From IMG/VR virus record IMGVR_UViG_3300020003_000003, positions 1 through 47,472 of that record: a DNA stretch of 47,472 nucleotides; one strand, given 5' to 3'. Below, in pieces: positions 18,229 through 26,014 of the stretch. A program made the position numbers and the translations under genes. The notes beneath the pieces were generated by a model. The model saw only the letters and a program-made list of their open reading frames with translations. It searched no databases and was not told the DNA's origin. Each line of letters starts with the position of its first letter. Position 1 is the stretch's first letter. The stretch comes from a virus (Duplodnaviria; Caudoviricetes).

Positions 18229-20596
18229 TCCAGATGCTAGGCCCTGGTGGGACGTTCCGAAGCCGACGTTAACAGATGACGTTGACTATACCTATGGTAA
18301 GTCTCAAGCGGAGATGGAAACTGAACGGGTAGCCAAGCATGCTGTCGATGCAGCTATGGCTTCTATTGGAGGGGGTGATACCCGCAAGTGGGCAGAGCCA
18401 ACCCCGGAGAAGCGTGGCTTCTTGGCTCCTGTGATGGTTGAGAAAGGGTTCCACGATCCAACCCCCGCAGTGCCTGAAATCCTACACGGTCCCTACAAAG
18501 CATTTAGTGAGATGTGGACCCTTCTGGCCACTGGTCGACAGCCCAGTGATCCAGAAGTAGTCAAGAAGTCTTTTGAGGTTGCATCAGCTCTAGCTGGTGG
18601 TGGGATGGTTCTAGAAGGAGGAGCCGTTGTAAAGGCGCCTATCAAGGCTGCTGGCAGGGCGGTTGAGGATAGGGTGTCCTCCCTAAGAGAGGCTGGCCTA
18701 AGTGAACAGAGACCGCCACCCGATCCAGCCAAAGCGCCCAAGGCGAAGAATGTGCCTTCTAAGGGGGTTGAAAGAGAGATAGATGAGTCTGGCTACTACA
18801 GTCAGCTTCGAGAAACCGTTGCCGGCCTCCAGAAGTCTGAGGCCCATCCCTCTGAATACATGGCCCTCCTGGAACCGGGCCGATCAGGTGTCAAAGAAGG
18901 TGAGATAAGGGCAACTGGCCTAGATAAATTCCTGCTTGGCGACGAAGTGGGAGAGATGAGAAGATCGATTATAGATGTTAAGGAGGGGCTATCGACGCTT
19001 ATAAAGACGGAGAAGGATCTGCAGATAAAGCTATCTAAGACGACCAACTCCCATGATCTGAAAGTTCTAGAGAGAGAACTGGCAGAAGCCCAGTCCCAGG
19101 TAACAGAGGGAAAGGAGCTGGTACAGAAGGGTGTTGCTCACTATAATGACAAGCTTAGAGGCATAAGGGAACAGCCTGGGAGCAGGACGCGGGAAGAGTT
19201 GTCTAAGCATGTAGAAGAGAATAAGACGATTATAGAAGAAGTCCGGCACCAGGTGGGTGATAGACCGGATCCAGGAGAGGCTCCGATAGGAGCTGGAGAC
19301 CTACCCCATTCCTCCTACACCACAGACCCCTCCAATCCTACTATGCGGGAGGTCCAGCTGACCGTCCGCAATCCTGAGGCGGAGGCGAAGCTCTTTGCTG
19401 TGGAGAAGAAGATTGCAGAGGCCAACACCAAGATCGGGAAACTAGTAAATGAAGAGCGTGCTGATCCTCGCAAGCGTATTCTTGGTGAGGATTACTTCAA
19501 CGAACCTCTTAGCCCAGAGGTAAAGAAGATATTCGACGAGAAGGAAGCTCTATCGAAAGAAAGGGCCGATATCCAGGATCGCTTCTACCACAGAGGCGGT
19601 CACTTCACCTCGAACACAGCAGCATGGTATATGGCGTCTATACAGAAGGGCAAGGACGGTAGGAGTTCCTTAGTAGTTCATCAGGTGCAATCGGACTGGG
19701 GACAGTCTGTCAAGGCCAGAGGATCACAGTCACCTGCTGAAATTAGGAAATTAGAGGAGGCAGTTAAGACTGCTAAGAACAAGGTAGAAGAAATTGAGAA
19801 TAAAGACCTGTGGAAACTTAGCGAGGGGGGAGGAAAGAACGCGGATCATCAGAGAGCCTTAGATATAGCCGACAAGATAAAGCCTATAGCCGCGCTGACA
19901 GATAAGGAAACATATGGTCTACAGGTAGCTATAATCCGATCTAATCAAACCGGCCACTGGCAGGAAGGTCTAGAACAGATACTGAAGGCTGGCCGAGATG
20001 ATCTAATAGATCACGGCACAGCTATCAGACTTATAAAACAGATAGATGCCAGTCCAGCCGCTCAGGACATCCTGAGGACTGTTGAGGAGGACTTTAAGAA
20101 GACCTATGCAGAGAGGATAGCCAAGGAGCGCCTAAAGGAACATCTAGACCTGCCTCCCCACCATCCTATGGTTGGCAGCACTCCTCAGTGGGTCGACCTC
20201 GCTGTCAAGCGGATAATCAAGGATGCCATCGACAGCGGAGCTGACACTATAGCTATTCCCCACGGCCAGACGGTCCAATCCTACACTGGTGGCACACCAG
20301 AGGGTCAGAAGAAGTTCTACGAGGTCATCCTGCCAAAGCGGTTGGAGAAGGCTCTAAGGGAGATGGACCCCTCTATAGAAGGGCAGGCTGTCAAAGACTT
20401 GCTGTCACATAAAGGTAAACCGCTTAAATATAGACTCAGAGACCCCAGTGGTGAAGAGGGAGGAATACCCTATCCAGCCCGCTTCACCGAGTTTCCTATA
20501 ACAGATGCTGTTCGAGAGGGCCTGAAGAAGCAGAAGGGTCAAAAGCTGTATACGAAGGGGCCAGTAGCTCCACCTCAATCCGAGGAGAATGAGTGA
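18221..20596 (+). CDS. Large internal virion protein with a domain typical of phage large polyvalent proteins
   Basis: Motifs GYYSQL, GVKEGEI, REVQL, GGHF, QVQSDWGQ, WVDLAVKR...A...GAD.IA and KFYE.ILP. Confidence 0.6.
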   Translation: MPDPDARPWWDVPKPTLTDDVDYTYGKSQAEMETERVAKHAVDAAMASIGGGDTRKWAEPTPEKRGFLAPVMVEKGFHDPTPAVPEILHGPYKAFSEMWTLLATGRQPSDPEVVKKSFEVASALAGGGMVLEGGAVVKAPIKAAGRAVEDRVSSLREAGLSEQRPPPDPAKAPKAKNVPSKGVEREIDESGYYSQLRETVAGLQKSEAHPSEYMALLEPGRSGVKEGEIRATGLDKFLLGDEVGEMRRSIIDVKEGLSTLIKTEKDLQIKLSKTTNSHDLKVLERELAEAQSQVTEGKELVQKGVAHYNDKLRGIREQPGSRTREELSKHVEENKTIIEEVRHQVGDRPDPGEAPIGAGDLPHSSYTTDPSNPTMREVQLTVRNPEAEAKLFAVEKKIAEANTKIGKLVNEERADPRKRILGEDYFNEPLSPEVKKIFDEKEALSKERADIQDRFYHRGGHFTSNTAAWYMASIQKGKDGRSSLVVHQVQSDWGQSVKARGSQSPAEIRKLEEAVKTAKNKVEEIENKDLWKLSEGGGKNADHQRALDIADKIKPIAALTDKETYGLQVAIIRSNQTGHWQEGLEQILKAGRDDLIDHGTAIRLIKQIDASPAAQDILRTVEEDFKKTYAERIAKERLKEHLDLPPHHPMVGSTPQWVDLAVKRIIKDAIDSGADTIAIPHGQTVQSYTGGTPEGQKKFYEVILPKRLEKALREMDPSIEGQAVKDLLSHKGKPLKYRLRDPSGEEGGIPYPARFTEFPITDAVREGLKKQKGQKLYTKGPVAPPQSEENE

Positions 20597-22734
20597 TGGG
20601 CGGTTATCTGCCAGATACCCTGGACGATATGGAGGGCCTAGTCGAGCCAACTGCCGGCAAGGGCAATCCAGAAGAGGCGGCTCGTCTTCAGAAGATGCTG
20701 GAACAGCTAAAGGCTCCTGCTGCCCCTGGAACACCTGCGGCCCCAGCCCAGTCAGCCACCGCTCCAGGCGGACCTATAGGGCAGGGCATGATAGCCGGTG
20801 GATCGACCCTTGAGGCTGAACCCCCAGACCCCCTTGGGATCAAGGGAATGGGCGTCAATATGCCCGTTGAGAATATGTCTCCCGGCAGGATCGGCCTTGC
20901 TCGATCAGTGCTGGGTATGGGCGAGAGGGGATCTGCTACACTGGGCAGGGCAGGGCAGGCGATCCAGGAGACCGTTGATGATCTTCCCAGGACACTGCCT
21001 GAGTTCATGGAGAAGGTCGGCAGACCTCAGAATGCCAGAGCCATTCTAAGGGGCACCATGGGTGCTGCTGGAGCAATGGCAGGAGCATCTGGAGGCCCTC
21101 CTGGCATCGTAATAGGCACTGGGGCGGGAGCTGCTGCGGGCGGCTACATAGCCAATATGTACGAAGATGTTCGGGATTACGTACAGAATAATCCTGGTGT
21201 CACCAATAAGGCTAGCACTGTCGAAAGGATGATGCAACCAGCCATAGATGGCTTACACGATGCTACTTTTACAGGCGGTGTCCTTGTGCTGCCGGGAATG
21301 GCCAGATCAACGCGACAATTTATAGCCAGCCGCGTCCTTAAGTTGCCTCCCGACAGCAGGGAGATGATGGAGGCTGCTGCCACTCTCGGTGTAGATATAG
21401 GCGTGGCCAACGTAGCCAACGGCGGCGTTGGTAAGGGCGCTGTCAACGTCTTTGGGCGAATGCCTCTCCTTGGCGGATCAGCCAGAAAGGCTTCTGAACT
21501 GCAGGGGAAGTCAATAGTCAAAGCATATGAAGATATGTTTGAGAAGGTGGCTACTCCCAGCGCCACCGCCGAGGTCGGAGAGGCAGCCATAACAGCTGCC
21601 AGATCGAAGTTCGGCGACTTCGCTGCCAAGGCACAAACCCGCTACGAACATGCCCTTCGTGTTGGAGGGGATGCTGGTCCAATTCTACCGCCCGACCAGA
21701 TACTAAGAGCTACCGGCAATGTTCTGCAGAATATCAGCAGCAAGTCGGGCAAATTGCAGGGCGTTGCTCCTGCCGAGATGCGAACCTGGCTCAACGGCCT
21801 TCAGAAGAACGTAGACGGTCCCATCTCGACAGTAGATGCTAACAATATCCTGATTGGCGTTGAGAACCTCCTTCGTAAGAGTCAGGGGCAGCATGGAGTG
21901 CACTATCAGAAACTTGAGGAGGTGCAGAAGGCAGTTATTAAGAGCCTAGAAGGAGCAGATCATCCTGCAGCGAGGCTATTGCTAGGAGCCCGATCTAATT
22001 TCCAGAGCGGCATCAAGGAATTTGAGGGCAGCATATATAAGAAGATGGTTGGTACTGTAGATAGGAATATCTTTGCCATAGGCAAGATCAAAGGCGGCAC
22101 TATGACCGCCGATGAGCTGATGGAGACTGCTTCCAAGGTCAACTCGGCTGGCGGTGTTAGGGACCTCCGAAACGCTGCTGGAGACGATACAGTTAGACAC
22201 GTTGCTCGAGCCAGGATTGATGATGCCTGGCTCAAGGCGACCAACAAGGAGCCCGGAACCTTCTTTGTGGGAGATAAATTCTCATTTAATCCGCAGAAAT
22301 TCAACGAGGCCCTCGGTCTCAATAATCCTAATTCCAACAAATATCTAGCTATGAAGGAGATGCTTCGGGGCACTGAGGTCAGCATTGCAGACGTACAGAA
22401 GCTGGCGGAGGTAGCTAAGATGGTAACCAACGCGCCTATTGCTGACGCCTCCACATTTATGGCTAGGTCTGCCGTCCTACGGGGTGGGGAGGGTGTGGCC
22501 GAGGCAATCCGGTCCACCATGACGGTGGGAGCGATGGGCAAGACGGCCGGCACGATAGGTCTCCCCGCCGCATACGCAACCGTCGTCCTTAGTAGATGGG
22601 GCCTAGGGCAGATGATGAAGCCAGGCCTCTTAAAGATGATGACCACCGCGATGGACCCTTCTTCTACTAAAGAGGCATCAGCCGCAGCTATCGTCCAGAT
22701 GACCCGCCACTATCCCAGCTTGTTCAATGAGTGA
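20596..22734 (+). CDS. Internal virion / ejection protein
   Basis: About 712 aa, Gly/Ala-rich hydrophobic segments and a helical body; GAGGAG RBS. Confidence 0.6.
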   Translation: MGGYLPDTLDDMEGLVEPTAGKGNPEEAARLQKMLEQLKAPAAPGTPAAPAQSATAPGGPIGQGMIAGGSTLEAEPPDPLGIKGMGVNMPVENMSPGRIGLARSVLGMGERGSATLGRAGQAIQETVDDLPRTLPEFMEKVGRPQNARAILRGTMGAAGAMAGASGGPPGIVIGTGAGAAAGGYIANMYEDVRDYVQNNPGVTNKASTVERMMQPAIDGLHDATFTGGVLVLPGMARSTRQFIASRVLKLPPDSREMMEAAATLGVDIGVANVANGGVGKGAVNVFGRMPLLGGSARKASELQGKSIVKAYEDMFEKVATPSATAEVGEAAITAARSKFGDFAAKAQTRYEHALRVGGDAGPILPPDQILRATGNVLQNISSKSGKLQGVAPAEMRTWLNGLQKNVDGPISTVDANNILIGVENLLRKSQGQHGVHYQKLEEVQKAVIKSLEGADHPAARLLLGARSNFQSGIKEFEGSIYKKMVGTVDRNIFAIGKIKGGTMTADELMETASKVNSAGGVRDLRNAAGDDTVRHVARARIDDAWLKATNKEPGTFFVGDKFSFNPQKFNEALGLNNPNSNKYLAMKEMLRGTEVSIADVQKLAEVAKMVTNAPIADASTFMARSAVLRGGEGVAEAIRSTMTVGAMGKTAGTIGLPAAYATVVLSRWGLGQMMKPGLLKMMTTAMDPSSTKEASAAAIVQMTRHYPSLFNE

Positions 22735-22737
22735 CCT

Positions 22738-23919
22738 ATGCCACTGATGCGTGTTCCTGAGGGAACCATTCCCAGACATCAAAGCAGAGATCTGCTGGGA
22801 GACCTCTATAAGAGGCAGCAGCTGCAGCAGGATTATGCTAAGTCCATAGGGCGACTGAGAAAGGAGCGACAGCTGGAGACACTGCCAGACGAAGGAGCTG
22901 GTAAGTTCTCCCCAAGAGGGCTCCAGCCGGAGGGACCTAAGAACGAAGAGATGGAGAACATCTATAGGAAGGGAGCTAACCCTATCAGCAGAACAGCTGC
23001 TGGCGGCGAGGGTCCTGACTTTACAGGACCTCGACCTCAGGGATATTGGGGCAGAGACTCCCAGTGGCAGCAGCTATCTCCCTATCAGAAGGCCGCTGCA
23101 ATGTCCCTCCTCGAAGCGGACAGTAAGCAGGGTCGGATTAACTTCATGGATGCCCGCAATGCTATGGGAGCTATGATCAATAGGGCTGACAAGGAAGGCC
23201 AGGATCTGGGTGACCATGTCAGTCGGAAGATCTACCAACCGACCATAGAGCCGGAACAGTACAGCAGGCTGGCAGCCATCGTTCAGATGCCGCAATTCAA
23301 GGCCCTGACCGACCTGGCAGAACAGCGTGCCACAGGCAAGGTGGGGGATTGGGTAGATGGAGCTACTCACTTTCTGGCCAAACCTCAGACGATGCTCGCC
23401 CTGGAGGCGAACGAACCGGAGAAGTACAAGAGCTGGAGGAGGTGGACCGGCTATGACGACGCTACGGGGAAGTACAAGAACGAAGTTATGGCTGATAGCA
23501 GTCATGTCTTTCTGGCCCCAGAAGGCAAACACAGCGCCGGGAGCTACGCACCCACCTATGGTGCCGGGGCCGAAGTGTCTGGTCCATCGGAAGCCCTTGC
23601 TCCTCCGCCATATCCGGCAACCCAAGATGCATCTGGTCAGCCACAACCCCAACTCCCGAAGCTGGCAGAGGTGCTGGGTGGAGATGCCGGAAATCTACTG
23701 GCGCCGAAAAGGTCGGGAGGAGGGGGAGGGGGTAACCCTCTGGCCGACCTCCAGTCAGCTCCATTCAAAATGACTGGGTTTGAAGGCCTTCCTGAGCAGG
23801 ATGATCGGGCGTTTGCTCTTCTTCCAGCACAACAACGCCGCCCGCCCCCTCCGGCAGCGGGGCAGCCTCAGCTACCAGTGCCTCGTAGACCTCCCGGATT
23901 TGGCCAGGTCCCTGGATAG
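22738..23919 (+). CDS. Virion-associated cell-wall hydrolase (SleB / Hydrolase_2-like lytic transglycosylase domain)
   Basis: LLEAD...AMGAMINRA...DGATHF...HVF matches the Hydrolase_2 pattern (catalytic Glu, NR, GATHF, HVF). Confidence 0.68.
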   Translation: MPLMRVPEGTIPRHQSRDLLGDLYKRQQLQQDYAKSIGRLRKERQLETLPDEGAGKFSPRGLQPEGPKNEEMENIYRKGANPISRTAAGGEGPDFTGPRPQGYWGRDSQWQQLSPYQKAAAMSLLEADSKQGRINFMDARNAMGAMINRADKEGQDLGDHVSRKIYQPTIEPEQYSRLAAIVQMPQFKALTDLAEQRATGKVGDWVDGATHFLAKPQTMLALEANEPEKYKSWRRWTGYDDATGKYKNEVMADSSHVFLAPEGKHSAGSYAPTYGAGAEVSGPSEALAPPPYPATQDASGQPQPQLPKLAEVLGGDAGNLLAPKRSGGGGGGNPLADLQSAPFKMTGFEGLPEQDDRAFALLPAQQRRPPPPAAGQPQLPVPRRPPGFGQVPG

Positions 23920-24733
23920 ACCGCATATCTCCCCAGTTCAGGCCAACCTTCATGTCTACCCCGAGGGTGAACTTGTAGCCGTTATACTCTAAGGTAGGGC
24001 TCATATACTGGATAATCTTCTTGCAGACATGCTCCACGACATTCCAATCGTGAGTAGGCATCTGGATCATTAGGGAGTCGTGAACCTGAGCTCCCAGATG
24101 CCACTGGGCCTGCTCCATATCAGGGTCCTCAAAGGCCAGGCACATTGCTTCCAAGCAGATGTCTACCACTGTTGATTGGGGCACGAAGGAATAGGCCTGG
24201 TCGAACAGATCATTCCCCCACTCCCCCATTAGCCGCACCTTACGGCCAAAGCAGTTGGTCAGGGTGCGGTTCTTTCTGAGCTGCTCGACAGTTCCCTTCC
24301 ACCAGTCCTTGAGACCGGGATATGCTACGTCGCTGTAGTAGGCGACGATAGGCTGGGCCTCGGATTCCTGGATTTCCCATTCCAGTGCGGCTCGTCGGAA
24401 CTTCATGTTGTAGTTGAGGCCGTGGTTGGATTTCTTGCCCATCTGTCGCAGGGACATAGAGCGAGGTAGGAAGATGGCGTCCTTCTCCTGAAGGTCTACC
24501 AGTTCTGGCAGGTATTCCACCCGCAGGGCCATTATGTCCACTGCGTTAGTGTTGTTGCCAAGGAGCTTATGGTCGGCCAAGACCAGCTCCTCAGGAACGC
24601 TGCTGATAAAGGATGCAGTGGCGACGTGGGGACTCTTTCCACTCTCAACTACGCCTATCATGTTCTTGTCGCCCGATAGATAGGCAACAACAACCCACTC
24701 TGCACCGGCAAGATCGAACTCAATCAGGATCAT
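23765..24733 (-). CDS. polA: DNA polymerase family A, C-terminal subunit (palm/fingers)
   Basis: Motif A EFDLAGAE, motif B RQMGKKSNHGLNY, motif C QVHDSL; also FGRKVR and PQST. Confidence 0.92.
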   Translation of the reverse strand: MILIEFDLAGAEWVVVAYLSGDKNMIGVVESGKSPHVATASFISSVPEELVLADHKLLGNNTNAVDIMALRVEYLPELVDLQEKDAIFLPRSMSLRQMGKKSNHGLNYNMKFRRAALEWEIQESEAQPIVAYYSDVAYPGLKDWWKGTVEQLRKNRTLTNCFGRKVRLMGEWGNDLFDQAYSFVPQSTVVDICLEAMCLAFEDPDMEQAQWHLGAQVHDSLMIQMPTHDWNVVEHVCKKIIQYMSPTLEYNGYKFTLGVDMKVGLNWGDMRSIQGPGQIREVYEALVAEAAPLPEGAGGVVVLEEEQTPDHPAQEGLQTQSF

Positions 24734-24918
24734 GCTATTAACTTCTCCACAGGCACTTTAAGCTTTTTTGCCAGCTTAAGTGCTATACCTTTTGACACAG
24801 AACGCTTACCGTTTACAATCTCAGATGTTCTGCCTCTTGCACCAATAGTTTTCACTAAATCTTTTTGGCGAAGACCCAATCGCTTCATAGCGTTCTGTAT
24901 CTCTTCTGATGCGCTCAT
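24730..24918 (-). CDS. XRE-family HTH protein, HigA-antitoxin-like
   Basis: MKRLGLRQKDL..IG.RGRTSEIVNGKR.VS...LAKKLKVP..KLI; about 41% GC by hand count; ATGA overlaps on both sides. Confidence 0.78.
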   Translation of the reverse strand: MSASEEIQNAMKRLGLRQKDLVKTIGARGRTSEIVNGKRSVSKGIALKLAKKLKVPVEKLIA

Positions 24919-25781
24919 CTGCTAGAGTTCCAGTCCTCAAGGGCCATCAGGAGCTGCTGACAAGTCTCCTGATCAAAGAGACCAGTAGCCATAACGTCGT
25001 GCTTGGTCTGCCAGTCCTTCAGGGCGGCCATTGTTCTGCTGCCGTGAGAGCCGTCCATCTTTAGTGGGGGGTTAGCTCCGAACATATTCAAGGTGGCCTG
25101 GCCCCATGCAGTAATATTGCCCTTGGTTGGCTCGTAGGGGCCTGCCGGAAGGGGTGTACCTGAGGCATCTCCGCCGCTCCACTGCTCTGTCAGCTCCTCG
25201 ATTGTGCCATAGAAGCGATTTATGTCGATGTTGTTTCCCAGGCCAGGAACGCTATGTGGCTGAGGTCCCTTTCCGTCGCCGGTGAACTGGTGAAGCCACA
25301 GGTCCTTCCAGCTGGCCTGGTGCGTTGGGCTGCTGTCCCACTCAGCAACCCACAGACGACAGCTTCCCAGGTAGTCGTTAACCTGATGGCCCAGCTGCTC
25401 CTTGATCAGATGGCCACTATACAAGACACCCTTCCGGCCGATCTTAGTCTCCAGCAGACGGAGGAACTTCTCAGCATCTGCTGCACTGCATCCTCGCTCT
25501 TCGTGGTCGAGGGCCATTAGGGTGCCAGCAGATGGCTTAGCGTTCTTGACGAAGTGGTTGACCTGGGCCTCGATATTGCCAGGGCGGAAGTAGTGGTAAG
25601 CGCCCCAGAATATCCCGCTGCCCTCGCACTTCTGGCGCATCGGAGCGTAGTGGGGGTCTACATAGGATACCCCCTCGGTAGCCTTGTGGATGACTCCCCT
25701 GACGCCGAAGTTGAAGGCGGCCTTGAAGTCAGTCGGGCTTTGATAGTGACTCAGATCGACTACGTAGATTGGGTTTGCCAT
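24915..25781 (-). CDS. Endolysin: GH25 muramidase plus C-terminal peptidoglycan-binding domain
   Basis: VDLSHYQ, HKATEG, GAYHYF, ALDHE, LWVAEW, LHQFT, DIN; C-terminal DG.HG.RT.AALK.WQ......TG. Confidence 0.92.
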   Translation of the reverse strand: MANPIYVVDLSHYQSPTDFKAAFNFGVRGVIHKATEGVSYVDPHYAPMRQKCEGSGIFWGAYHYFRPGNIEAQVNHFVKNAKPSAGTLMALDHEERGCSAADAEKFLRLLETKIGRKGVLYSGHLIKEQLGHQVNDYLGSCRLWVAEWDSSPTHQASWKDLWLHQFTGDGKGPQPHSVPGLGNNIDINRFYGTIEELTEQWSGGDASGTPLPAGPYEPTKGNITAWGQATLNMFGANPPLKMDGSHGSRTMAALKDWQTKHDVMATGLFDQETCQQLLMALEDWNSSR

Positions 25782-25782
25782 G

Positions 25783-25998
25783 TTACACCTCTATCATGAA
25801 AGCTAGGGCCATTGCGGCTACCTGCATTGCCTCTTTCTTAGCATGGGCCTTATCATCCTTTTTGACAGCATCCCATAGCTCTTCCAACTCCTCGAGGATG
25901 ACGGAATATCCCTCATGGGCACTTTGCATAGGCCTATGCTTTTTCCTGGCTCGATAGTACTCCTGCAGAATAGCGTCATTTACTTGTTCCGGTGACAT
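25783..25998 (-). CDS. MazG-like / all-alpha NTP pyrophosphohydrolase
   Basis: HEGYSVILEELEELWD...KEAMQVAAMA (EExxE...ExxQ pattern). Confidence 0.72.
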   Translation of the reverse strand: MSPEQVNDAILQEYYRARKKHRPMQSAHEGYSVILEELEELWDAVKKDDKAHAKKEAMQVAAMALAFMIEV

Positions 25999-26014
25999 GC
26001 CTTGTCCTTTCTTG

